Shown here piece by piece: positions 29,021 through 38,294 of a DNA stretch of 64,000 nucleotides. The stretch comes from Candidatus Woesebacteria bacterium. Lineage in GTDB: Bacteria > Patescibacteriota > Microgenomatia > UBA1400 > MFAQ01. The translations under genes were made by a program, and so were the position numbers. The stretch spans positions 257,006 to 321,005 of the forward strand of contig DAOORK010000001.1 in assembly GCA_035389185.1 (NCBI GenBank). The letters run 5' to 3'. The notes beneath the pieces were generated by a model. The model saw only the letters and a program-made list of their open reading frames with translations. It was not told where the DNA came from and made no database searches. Numbering within the stretch: the stretch's first letter is position 1; every line of letters begins with the position of its first letter.

Positions 29021-30004
29021 ATGTCTAAATATTTAGTTGTCGGTGGTGCCGGCTATATCGGGGGTGTATGTGTAGAAAAGATGATCGACCGAGGAGACGA
29101 GGTCGTGATCTTGGATAATCTTAAAACCGGACACAAAGAGAACGTTCATCCTAAGGCGACTTTTTACCTTGGAGATAAAGGTGACGGAATGTTGCTCGAC
29201 AAAATATTTTCCGAACACCAGATTGATACTGTCTTGGACTTTGCCGGACTTATCCAGGTAGGTGAGTCGGTGAAAGAGCCTGGTAAATATTTCCAAAATA
29301 ATCTTGGACAGGGAATTGATCTACTCGATGGAATGATGAGGAATAATGTCAAAAGGATTATTTTTTCTTCGACTGCGGCTGTTTTTGGCAATCCTAAGGA
29401 AATTCCTATTAATGAAAACGCTGATAAAGATCCAATTAACCCTTATGGTGAGTCGAAGTATTTCTTTGAAAAAGTAATCAAGCGATACGCCGAAGCGTAT
29501 GGCTTGAAGTACACTATTTTCCGTTATTTCAATGCTTGCGGGGCAACTGAGCAAAGTAAAGAACAACATGCCCAAGAGTCACACCTAATTCCTCTGATTT
29601 TTCAGGCGGCGAAAGGTGAGAGACCAAATATTGCCATTTTTGGAACTGACTATGACACCCCAGATGGTACTTGCATCCGTGACTATGTTCATGTTTCCGA
29701 TCTAATCGATGCCCATCTTTTGGCCATTCAAAAAATGGAGACTTCTCCTGCAAATGAATACAATCTAGGCAACGGAAACGGCTACTCAGTAAAAGAAGTA
29801 ATTTCTGCAGTAGAAAAGATTTCCGGAAAGTCAGTACCCGTCGTATTGGGTGACCGAAGAGAAGGAGATCCCGCCAGATTGGTGGCCTCTTCCGAAAAAG
29901 CAAAATCTGAGTTGGGTTGGGAACCGAAGTATCCTGAGATTGAACAGATCATCAAGTCCGCCTGGGAAGCTGAGGTCAACCCCCCTGCAGTTAAAGCATC
30001 TTGA
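29021..30004 (+). CDS. galE: UDP-glucose/UDP-hexose 4-epimerase (GalE family SDR)
   Basis: 327 aa; VVGGAGYIGG Rossmann motif, catalytic YGESK, FRYFNACGA. Confidence 0.8.
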   Translation: MSKYLVVGGAGYIGGVCVEKMIDRGDEVVILDNLKTGHKENVHPKATFYLGDKGDGMLLDKIFSEHQIDTVLDFAGLIQVGESVKEPGKYFQNNLGQGIDLLDGMMRNNVKRIIFSSTAAVFGNPKEIPINENADKDPINPYGESKYFFEKVIKRYAEAYGLKYTIFRYFNACGATEQSKEQHAQESHLIPLIFQAAKGERPNIAIFGTDYDTPDGTCIRDYVHVSDLIDAHLLAIQKMETSPANEYNLGNGNGYSVKEVISAVEKISGKSVPVVLGDRREGDPARLVASSEKAKSELGWEPKYPEIEQIIKSAWEAEVNPPAVKAS

Positions 30005-31076
30005 GAACTTTTTCGTAAGCGCAGGCAATTTTGTTCCAAGAATATTTGTCTGCCTGTTTGAGGTATTTATCTGAGGACTTTTGCTTGAGGGCTTCTTTTA
30101 TTTTGGCGCTATATTCTTTGGTGTCTTCTGGATTCTTCACAAATATTCCGGCTTGCTCTAGAATCTCACGACGGCTTTTGTCATCGGTAACGACACAAGG
30201 AAGCCCGGTTGCAAGTGCCTCAAGATATACAATCCCAAATGCCTCACTGCTATCAGAACAGAGAGTAAATACATCGGATGAACGGAATATACCAGGCATG
30301 TCGGTGTGAGAGACTTTGAGTCTTTGGTAACGGCTACCAAGAAGGCTTTTCCCCAGGGAATCTTCTTCTTGCTCAAGAGGGCCAGTACCGGCAACCAAGA
30401 GTGAAGTATTTTTTAGACTGGCAACCGCCTTGATCGTGCTGATGATCCGTTTGCTTTTGATGGCGGCACCAACAGCAAGAACAATGGGGTGGGAAAGATT
30501 GGTTAGTCTCCTTTCTCCCTTGGGAGAGAACTTTTCGAGATCAACACCGTTGGGGATGACAACAATTTTTTGGTTATTCCAAGGAGTGACTTTTTTGGCC
30601 CAGTCAGCTTGAGATTGAGTGAGAGCTATAAAACAATCCGGATGGATGTATAGGTTTACCTTATCATTCCAGCCAGGCCCAGACTGACCGGCAACAACAG
30701 TTTTGGCGTTGATAATTGTTGAAAACATTCTCAAAAGGAGTACCTCCCAACCTGAGTTTTGAGGGAAAATGACATCGGGTTTTAGTTTCCAGAGTTTGGG
30801 GAGAAGTTTTATAGTAAATTGAAGTTCTTTGCGGTGAGAGTAATCTAAAAATAGTCGTTTGAGAGGATGGGTAACCGGAAGACTGGAGTGGGGATGAAGG
30901 GGATCGTATTTAACCTTGATTGATTGAACCGAATATTTTTTCTTTCCGTTTTTCGGACCGGCTTGAAAAACAGTAACTTCGTGTTTTGAAGAAAGGTTTG
31001 TGGCCAAACTATCAACATAGGTCTCCCCTCCTCTGTCGGCTAAGCCGGAATAAAAATTTACAAACGCTAGTTTCAT
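29991..31076 (-). CDS. Glycosyltransferase family 4
   Basis: 361 aa; SEAFGIVYLEALATGLPCV GT4 motif; convergent 14-nt overlap with galE. Confidence 0.7.
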   Translation of the reverse strand: MKLAFVNFYSGLADRGGETYVDSLATNLSSKHEVTVFQAGPKNGKKKYSVQSIKVKYDPLHPHSSLPVTHPLKRLFLDYSHRKELQFTIKLLPKLWKLKPDVIFPQNSGWEVLLLRMFSTIINAKTVVAGQSGPGWNDKVNLYIHPDCFIALTQSQADWAKKVTPWNNQKIVVIPNGVDLEKFSPKGERRLTNLSHPIVLAVGAAIKSKRIISTIKAVASLKNTSLLVAGTGPLEQEEDSLGKSLLGSRYQRLKVSHTDMPGIFRSSDVFTLCSDSSEAFGIVYLEALATGLPCVVTDDKSRREILEQAGIFVKNPEDTKEYSAKIKEALKQKSSDKYLKQADKYSWNKIACAYEKVLKML

Positions 31077-31101
31077 AAACCTATTGTAAACTAGAGCCAG
31101 A

Positions 31102-31794
31102 GTGAAGAAGCTATCAATTATTATGCCGGTCTATAACGAGAAAGCCTTTATTGGAAAGGCAATTACGGCTGTGCTGAAAGCAAATATTGGAAAAATCGCT
31201 AAAGAAATAATTGTGGTGGATGATGGATCGAAAGACGGCACAGTGCAGCTATTAAAGAAAGTAAAGAATCGACAAGTGAAAGTGTTTTTTCAGAAGAAAA
31301 ACCAAGGAAAGGGTGCAGCTATCAGAAGAGGCATGAAGGAGGTCACAGGGGACATTGTGGTCATTCAGGACGCTGATTTGGAGTACAACCCAAAAGAATT
31401 GTTTTTGTTATTACAGCCAATCTTGGATAAAAAGGCAGACGTTGTTTTTGGGTCACGATTTATGGGAGACAGACCACATAGAGTGCTTAATTACTGGCAC
31501 ATGGTTGGTAATAATTTTTTGACTTGGATTTCCAATACTCTAACCAACATTAATCTGACCGATATGGAGACAGGCTATAAAATGTTTACGGCAAAAGTGG
31601 CCAGGCAAATATCTATTGAAGAGGATCGGTTTGGATTCGAACCAGAGATAACCGCAAAAGTGGCTCGGTTGGGATGCCGTATATACGAGGTGGGAATTAG
31701 TTATTCCGGCAGAAACTATGATCAGGGGAAGAAAATAAACTGGAAAGACGGCTTGTGGGCCTTATGGTGTATTTTGAAATACAACCTAAGATAG
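31102..31794 (+). CDS. GT2 polyprenol-phosphate sugar synthase (DPM1/GtrB/ArnC-like)
   Basis: 230 aa soluble GT2; LSIIMPVYNE...VVDDGSKDGT...GKGAAIRRG...VIQDADLEYNP; size and motifs of the Dpm1-like clade that loads a sugar onto polyprenol phosphate. Confidence 0.6.
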   Translation: MKKLSIIMPVYNEKAFIGKAITAVLKANIGKIAKEIIVVDDGSKDGTVQLLKKVKNRQVKVFFQKKNQGKGAAIRRGMKEVTGDIVVIQDADLEYNPKELFLLLQPILDKKADVVFGSRFMGDRPHRVLNYWHMVGNNFLTWISNTLTNINLTDMETGYKMFTAKVARQISIEEDRFGFEPEITAKVARLGCRIYEVGISYSGRNYDQGKKINWKDGLWALWCILKYNLR

Positions 31795-32550
31795 TTTCTC
31801 GGCAACAAAAAGCAGACCATTGGCTAGCCCTGGAAGGAGTTTATCGCCCGTATCTTGCAGCATGCGTGGCATGGGAATCTTAAATATCGAGTTCCAGTAA
31901 TCAAAGAGAAAACTACTTATACCTCTTTTTTGTTTAATAACGAACTTACCTTTCAAAAGATTATTAATATCTTTAACGGAATAAAAACGAATGTGTTCTT
32001 TATTTTTTGAGTAGTTAACCATTGGAGATGAACCGGTGAAAAAAATAGCTGTTCTCGTCTGAAGAGAAGAAAAATTGGGTACAGTAATAATTAATAACCC
32101 GTGAGGCTTGAGTACACGATGCATTTCTTTGATAATTTTTTCTGGGAAAAAGAGGTGTTCGAGTACCTCAGAACAGAGTATCAAATCAGCCGTTTTGTCT
32201 GGGAGGGGAATATTTTCGGAGTCAAAATCGACTTTATGGGTTTCTTGAAAAAATACAGACGCTTTTTTTAATTGCTGACCACTAAAATCAAGACCGATTG
32301 ATTTCATTCGGGAAGTTGTACTCTTGGGCAGTAGTTTTTCATAAACGCCGTCACCACAACCAACATCAACAAAAATGGTAGTTTTTTTGTGTTTTCCAAC
32401 AATGGAAGAAATAATTGAGGTTACTGTTTGGAACCTGTTTTCATAGGCAAAAAGAGAACGTGGAAACTTTGGCTTGAGCAAATTGACACGCTCGGATAGA
32501 CGGTATTGGTTCTCAGAACTTAACTGATCGTATAGTTTATCGACTTTCAT
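31786..32550 (-). CDS. Class I SAM-dependent methyltransferase
   Basis: 254 aa; VDVGCGDGVY motif I and ILCSEVLEHL motif; convergent 9-nt overlap with the 31102..31794 gene. Confidence 0.65.
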   Translation of the reverse strand: MKVDKLYDQLSSENQYRLSERVNLLKPKFPRSLFAYENRFQTVTSIISSIVGKHKKTTIFVDVGCGDGVYEKLLPKSTTSRMKSIGLDFSGQQLKKASVFFQETHKVDFDSENIPLPDKTADLILCSEVLEHLFFPEKIIKEMHRVLKPHGLLIITVPNFSSLQTRTAIFFTGSSPMVNYSKNKEHIRFYSVKDINNLLKGKFVIKQKRGISSFLFDYWNSIFKIPMPRMLQDTGDKLLPGLANGLLFVAEKLS

Positions 32551-33359
32551 TTATTAAAGAGAATATTTTTAATATTTCTAAGAATTGTTTCTATAAAGGA
32601 TCTTACTAATTGCCAAATGTTCATGTGGTTTATCACAGTTGGAACAATGGGCGGTTTGGGTGAAAAGAAGACATCCGGTATTTTGTCTAATGAGTTTTCT
32701 TCGCCCAAGAAATATTTTAATTTTCCAGGCCGATCAAAAACCTCTTTGTTTTTTGATGAACGAATCAAATGGGTAGCATGAAAATATTCTGTGTCCACAA
32801 AAACGATGTCTTGTCTCTCTTGTATGGGTAAATTGTGATTGTCGAAATAACCTTCTCGACCATAGGGGCAAGATGCGTGCAGACCAGGAATTTTTAAGTT
32901 TATAAATCTGACAGCGAAGTTTCCCTTCATATTTAGAAACTGATAATCTCCAAATTTTTCCGGAAGACGGTGATAGATATCTCCCACCAGATTAAATGTT
33001 CGAGTAATGACAGCTTCAACCGTTGGATGAGATGAAAGATGATTAATCACTTTTTTGATTGAATCAGCAGACCATATCTCATCTGCATCGAGAACTAGAA
33101 GCCAATCGTATCCTTTTGGAGTTTTCTCTATCATCTCTTGACGAAGAAGACCAATCGCTTCTCTGGTAGTTGCTTCATGCTCCTCAAACTCTATTTTGGG
33201 AGATTTTATAGATTTGATTATTTCAACTGTTTTATCAGTCGAGCCGTTGTCCCAAATCATCACCTTATCAGCAAAAGGAAGTACGGAGTTGATGGCATAC
33301 CAAATGAATCTTTCCTCGTTTTTTACCAAACAATGAACAACAATTTTAGGTTTTGCCAT
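32547..33359 (-). CDS. Glycosyltransferase family 2
   Basis: 270 aa; KIVVHCLVKNEERFI...MIWDNGSTDKT...LVLDADE. Confidence 0.65.
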   Translation of the reverse strand: MAKPKIVVHCLVKNEERFIWYAINSVLPFADKVMIWDNGSTDKTVEIIKSIKSPKIEFEEHEATTREAIGLLRQEMIEKTPKGYDWLLVLDADEIWSADSIKKVINHLSSHPTVEAVITRTFNLVGDIYHRLPEKFGDYQFLNMKGNFAVRFINLKIPGLHASCPYGREGYFDNHNLPIQERQDIVFVDTEYFHATHLIRSSKNKEVFDRPGKLKYFLGEENSLDKIPDVFFSPKPPIVPTVINHMNIWQLVRSFIETILRNIKNILFNK

Positions 33360-34599
33360 TGTTTTTGAACAAAGAATTTAGTTTAAAAATGGACACGACA
33401 AGAACAATGATATTGCCAAGCCCCAAAGCAAGAGCGGGTGCAAAAGCGCCTAGGGAAGGGATAAATATTATGTCGATAACTACAATTGAAATTACCTGTA
33501 CCGCCGTTAATCTGGCAATGAAGCGCGGTAAACCAAAAGAATATGTGAGGGCTGGTGTAGTGATTAGTGTAAACATAAAAGGTATCATGGCGAGTGTCAG
33601 TGCTTGGAATACCGGTATAGCAGAAAGATATTTATCGCCAAAAACGATATTAATAATTGGTTTGGCAAGAAGGGCAGATAACACCATAACAACTGATATC
33701 GCACCGATTAGTAATACTAATTTCCTCATGTATGAAATAATTTTTTCCGGAGTATCAAAACCTGAAAAGCGAGGGTTGACGACTGATCCAAGACTGGAAA
33801 TTAATAGGGAAAAGAAAAGAGTGATTCGGCTGGCAGCTGAAAATATACCTGCCTGGAAACTACCAACAATGAGATTAAGTAAAATGACATCGATTCTGGT
33901 AGTAAAAACCGAGAACACCTTGGAAACAGCAATCCACTTTGCAAAATGAAACATTTTAGAGAAAATCGGTCGATCGAAGCTCCATTGGATCTTGATTAAT
34001 TCCCTACAGAAAGTAATCAGGAGGGCGATTATGGTAGAGACGATGTTGGCAATAAATGCCGTGGAAATAGAGAGTCGACTGACGGAAAGTAACACAAAAA
34101 CCAGAATTATTTTTATTCCTGCATCAATGATCTGACTTAGTGAGTAGGTAAAAAACTTGTGTTCGGCGGTAAAAACTGCTTGGGCAAAATTAATTAAAAG
34201 GTAGTTAAAGGCTATGAAACCGGCAAGAAGAACCTGTTCGGACAAAGAACCGGGAATAATAATGGTGTGAAGAAGAGCAAATAGACCAAAAAGAAGTAAA
34301 ACTACCAAACCAATTGCGAATTCAAACCAAAAACCAGTATTTATTAAGTTTTGCCTTTTTTCTTTTAATTTGGGAATAAAGTTGATGATGGCAGAAGAAA
34401 TGCCAAGATCACCAAGGCTATAAACAATAGCTACGAGAGCGGTAATGGCGGAAAAAACGCCAAAGTTTTCCGGACCAAGAGTGCGTGCTAGAACTACGGT
34501 ATAGAAGAAGCCAACGGCAGCTGTAAAGCCAAGGCCAATAAAACTAATTAAGGTGTCCTTTATCGTCTGCGACTGGAGAATCTTTCTTATCTTTTCCAC
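33346..34599 (-). CDS. Wzx-like polysaccharide flippase (MOP/PST family)
   Basis: 417 aa, about 12 TM; N-terminal KDTLISFIGLGFTAAVGFFYTVVLARTLGPENFGVF typical of PST-family Wzx proteins. Confidence 0.65.
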   Translation of the reverse strand: MEKIRKILQSQTIKDTLISFIGLGFTAAVGFFYTVVLARTLGPENFGVFSAITALVAIVYSLGDLGISSAIINFIPKLKEKRQNLINTGFWFEFAIGLVVLLLFGLFALLHTIIIPGSLSEQVLLAGFIAFNYLLINFAQAVFTAEHKFFTYSLSQIIDAGIKIILVFVLLSVSRLSISTAFIANIVSTIIALLITFCRELIKIQWSFDRPIFSKMFHFAKWIAVSKVFSVFTTRIDVILLNLIVGSFQAGIFSAASRITLFFSLLISSLGSVVNPRFSGFDTPEKIISYMRKLVLLIGAISVVMVLSALLAKPIINIVFGDKYLSAIPVFQALTLAMIPFMFTLITTPALTYSFGLPRFIARLTAVQVISIVVIDIIFIPSLGAFAPALALGLGNIIVLVVSIFKLNSLFKNNGKT

Positions 34600-34608
34600 T
34601 TCTCTATC

Positions 34609-35547
34609 TTACCTTTTTTCTCTGTACCAGTCTAAAAGATCTTGAAGCGTTTTTTCTAAAGGAATCTCGGGCTTCCAGCCAGTTAGTTTGTTAAGCTTAC
34701 TGGAATCTCCATATTGATCCGGGATATCCGAAGGTCTCATTTTTGCAGGGTCAATTTTGCGAGTAATTTTCGCACTGGACTTGGACAATAAAATATCAAC
34801 AATCCGGGACACAAGTCCACTTTTCCCTGAGGAAATTAGATACCTTTCTCCTGTGATACCTTTTTCCAAAATTAATCTATATGCTCTGACAACATCACGA
34901 ACATCGAGCATGTCTCTTTTGGTTGAGAGGTCTCCAGTTAAAATCACTGGTTCGCTATTACCTTTTTCAATTTTAGCCACTTGGGAAGCAATATCTGGAG
35001 CCAAGAAGCCAGGGAGTTGACCCGGGCCGGTGTGGTTGAAGGGGGTAGCGTAGACGATATCCATTTTGTAGGACACGACAAATTGCTTGCAAATATACCA
35101 AGCAGAGACTTTGCTTACACCATAAGGACTGTTAGGGTTAAGAGGAGTATTTTCAGTTATCGGAAGCATTTCCGAAGGAACGGCCCCAAACTCTGCCGAC
35201 GATCCGATAGCGACGATTCTTGGGTGATAGTCTTCGATTTTTCTAACGGATTCCAGAAGATTAATGGTGCCAATGGAGTTTACAGCAAAAGTTTTTTGAG
35301 GGTTGGTAAAAGAAGATCCTGGGTTTGACCAACCAGCGAGATGAAAAATGGCATCAGGATTAATTTTTGATATTAAAGAGGATATCTGCTCGAGATTTTC
35401 GATATCGCAAACCGAAACATTCTTGGGTAGTTCAGTTTCCGGAGCTTGAAAAGTGGTGCCATACACTTCATAACCATTAGACTCCAGCTCTTTCCAGAGA
35501 TGTCCACCAACGAAGCCTTCGCTTCCCGTAATTAATACTTTTTTCAT
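34609..35547 (-). CDS. GDP-4-dehydro-6-deoxy-D-mannose reductase-like SDR (Rmd-like; a GDP-fucose synthase Fcl-type function cannot be excluded)
   Basis: 312 aa NAD-dependent epimerase/dehydratase family; VLITGSEGFVGGHL N-terminus resembles Rmd (ITGxxGFVGxHL); immediately downstream of gmd. Confidence 0.5.
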   Translation of the reverse strand: MKKVLITGSEGFVGGHLWKELESNGYEVYGTTFQAPETELPKNVSVCDIENLEQISSLISKINPDAIFHLAGWSNPGSSFTNPQKTFAVNSIGTINLLESVRKIEDYHPRIVAIGSSAEFGAVPSEMLPITENTPLNPNSPYGVSKVSAWYICKQFVVSYKMDIVYATPFNHTGPGQLPGFLAPDIASQVAKIEKGNSEPVILTGDLSTKRDMLDVRDVVRAYRLILEKGITGERYLISSGKSGLVSRIVDILLSKSSAKITRKIDPAKMRPSDIPDQYGDSSKLNKLTGWKPEIPLEKTLQDLLDWYREKR

Positions 35548-36569
35548 TCGTTTTCTTTTTTTAGAAGAGCGATGTCGCTATCTACCATGATTTCCATAAG
35601 TTCTTTCATCATTGTTTTGGGCTCCCAGCCAAGCTCTTTTTTGATGAGGGAGTAGTCCCCTTTCATAGCGGTAATCTCGGTGGGTCTTAATAGCTTGGAA
35701 TCGGAGATTACATGGTCTTCCCAATTTAGACCAACATGATCAAAGGCTGCCTTACAAGCATCTTTGATGGAGTAACTAGTGTCTGTACCAATGACGTAGT
35801 CTTTTGGTGTAGGTTGCTGGAGCATGAGCCAGATAGCTTCGACATATTCTTTGGCAAAACCCCAATCACGAGTGGCTGAAAGGTCTCCTAGATGGAGCTT
35901 GCCTTCGGCATCGATTAGAGGTTCACCGATCTCGTTTACCGGAGGATTTTTAATGCCTAACTTGATACAAGCAACACCCATACTTATCTTACGAGTAACA
36001 AAGTGGAGAGAGCGTCGAGGAGACTCGTGATTGAAAAGAATTCCTCCACAGACAAACATGCCGTACGACTTTCTGTAACAATCAATCATCATATGTGCGT
36101 ATGCCTTGGCGATTCCATAAGGATTATTAGCAAAAATAGGGGTCTTTTCGTTGGCGTGTTCGACTCCTTCAACTCCCCCAAGAATCTCGCGGGATGTGGC
36201 TTGGTAAACACGTGCATTGGGACAGAATCTTCTTACTGATTCAAAGACACGCAGAGGCCCGAGGGCGGTCACTTCACCTGTGTAGAAGGGATGTGTCCAA
36301 CTATCTGCCGGAACACTTTGGGCCGCGAAGTTATATACCTCATCAGGCTGATACTTAATCATTAAGTGATCAAGGGATGATTGATCTACAAGATCGGCGG
36401 CTTCAAGAATGATTTTACCCTTGAGATGCTCAATATTAGGCTGATGTGTGGAAGTGGAACGACGAATAGTACCAACAACTTGATAGCCTTTTTCAAGAAG
36501 AAAATCGGATAAATATGAACCATCTTGAGAGGTAACACCGATAATGAGGGCAACTTTGGGTTTTGTCAT
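35544..36569 (-). CDS. gmd: GDP-mannose 4,6-dehydratase
   Basis: 341 aa; KVALIIGVTSQDGSYLSDFLLEKGYQVVG matches the Gmd N-terminus ([25 protein letters not shown]). Confidence 0.85.
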   Translation of the reverse strand: MTKPKVALIIGVTSQDGSYLSDFLLEKGYQVVGTIRRSTSTHQPNIEHLKGKIILEAADLVDQSSLDHLMIKYQPDEVYNFAAQSVPADSWTHPFYTGEVTALGPLRVFESVRRFCPNARVYQATSREILGGVEGVEHANEKTPIFANNPYGIAKAYAHMMIDCYRKSYGMFVCGGILFNHESPRRSLHFVTRKISMGVACIKLGIKNPPVNEIGEPLIDAEGKLHLGDLSATRDWGFAKEYVEAIWLMLQQPTPKDYVIGTDTSYSIKDACKAAFDHVGLNWEDHVISDSKLLRPTEITAMKGDYSLIKKELGWEPKTMMKELMEIMVDSDIALLKKENE

Positions 36570-36593
36570 ATTAGTTATTCTACAATAGCAATG

Positions 36594-38288
36594 CTAATTA
36601 TTAACTTTGTAGATAGTAATAGCTGTTGTTTGATCCGGATAAAGAATTATATCGACAATCTTTCCGTTTTTTACAAATTCTGAATATTTATCAGAATATT
36701 TTAGCGGTAAAGCAATATATTTAGGATTATATTTACTTATAATCAAATTTAAATCTTTTTCTGTTTGGGGAAGAGAGAACAATAAGTTTTCAAGTGGCAA
36801 ATCGACTCTTGTGCTATTCACCAATTCTGAGGTATTTATCTTCTTTGGGTCACAAACTTCACTCGGTAAAGTTTGCCAGAAACAAAAATACCAAACTGGA
36901 TATTTGTCTTCCCAAATAATAAGCATTTCCCCGGGATTAGTAACCTGAAAATCGGAAATCTCTTTGAAACCATATTCCCAGTGCGAAGCAGAAAGGGCAG
37001 GATAAACATGAAAATAACTAAAAAGGAATTGGTAAATAGAAAAAAGACTAATTAGAGCTACAAACAATCCAAGGATTACTTTCATATATTTGTTTTTAAT
37101 CAAGTCAAGTGAAGATACTATCCCCTGGCCGCAAAAATAGGTGAGGAAAGGCATGAGAGTAATGATTCGAAGAAGATAGGTGGCACCATCCTTGGTAATG
37201 GCTCCGGGAATTGGAGAGATCAGAATCCATACAATAAAAATTGACTTTAATTTGAAGTCGGCTTTTTTGAAAAAGACAAACGCTCCTATAAGCATAAACG
37301 GAAGTAAAAAGGGAAAGAACTCCCCTACCATTCCGGTTGAATGACGAAGAATGTTGTCTCCTTTGAGAAATAAGAAATCTGGGGAAAAAAAGGATAAATA
37401 ATTTTTTGTAAATACCCGAATAATGGACAGAGGATAGTTGTAAAGTATTTTATTTGACACCACCTCAGAATTTGTATTTAAGGAAAAGATCGTTGGTTCT
37501 GACAGCCTTGATAATCCGCGATAGTAATTTGAGTCAGCAGTGACATTGACATCTTTCCAGATAGCCAGATCTAGCCCGCGAGATTTGGGGTTAAATAGTT
37601 GATATCTAGTAATACCTACGAAACCAAGAATAACTATGACGACGGTTAAAAATAACCACCATATTTTTCTTTGTGAACGATTTAACCCGTTTGTTATTAA
37701 AACAAAAACCAGTAAAGAGGCCATTGGAGCAATGACAACAAATGATGGGTAAAAAATCACCCCAACGACGAGTGGAATAAGAGAATAGAGATATTGAGTT
37801 GTTCTTTGTGCTTTAAGGAGAATCGTTAGATGTAAGCAACAAAGAAGAACGATTATGGGAATATGAGTATGACCTACACGGCTGATCATGAAACTCCAGG
37901 GCAAGACTGCGGAAAAGATACTACAAATAAAAGCTACCAGTAGATTTTTGCTTGGATTGATTTTTTGGGCAATTGCGTAAGTAAAGAAGAAAATGACTAG
38001 CGGAATAAATGAACCAAAGAGGGCCGAACCGAATCTTGTGCCAATCGGGGTGAGCCCAAAGAGCCAAGAGAAGTGAGTCATCCCGTAAAGTAATTTCGTG
38101 ATCAGACCCGGAATGTTCTGAACAGAAGTTGAAAAAATGATCTTAGAAATAAAACCGCCATATACCTCATCAGCATAAAGATTGGGAACATATTTATCTA
38201 AGCGATATAACCGTATAAAGAGAGAGGCTACAAATATCGCGGTTAACGATAAAGCAATTAATATTTTTCTGTTTTTTATCTGAGGCAC
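36594..38288 (-). CDS. GT-C superfamily membrane glycosyltransferase (PMT_2/ArnT-like)
   Basis: 564 aa; first loop FIRLYRLDKYVPNLYADEVYGG (ArnT/PMT_2-type DE motif), about 12 TM, C-terminal soluble domain. Confidence 0.5.
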   Translation of the reverse strand: MPQIKNRKILIALSLTAIFVASLFIRLYRLDKYVPNLYADEVYGGFISKIIFSTSVQNIPGLITKLLYGMTHFSWLFGLTPIGTRFGSALFGSFIPLVIFFFTYAIAQKINPSKNLLVAFICSIFSAVLPWSFMISRVGHTHIPIIVLLCCLHLTILLKAQRTTQYLYSLIPLVVGVIFYPSFVVIAPMASLLVFVLITNGLNRSQRKIWWLFLTVVIVILGFVGITRYQLFNPKSRGLDLAIWKDVNVTADSNYYRGLSRLSEPTIFSLNTNSEVVSNKILYNYPLSIIRVFTKNYLSFFSPDFLFLKGDNILRHSTGMVGEFFPFLLPFMLIGAFVFFKKADFKLKSIFIVWILISPIPGAITKDGATYLLRIITLMPFLTYFCGQGIVSSLDLIKNKYMKVILGLFVALISLFSIYQFLFSYFHVYPALSASHWEYGFKEISDFQVTNPGEMLIIWEDKYPVWYFCFWQTLPSEVCDPKKINTSELVNSTRVDLPLENLLFSLPQTEKDLNLIISKYNPKYIALPLKYSDKYSEFVKNGKIVDIILYPDQTTAITIYKVNN

Positions 38289-38294
38289 TGTATA

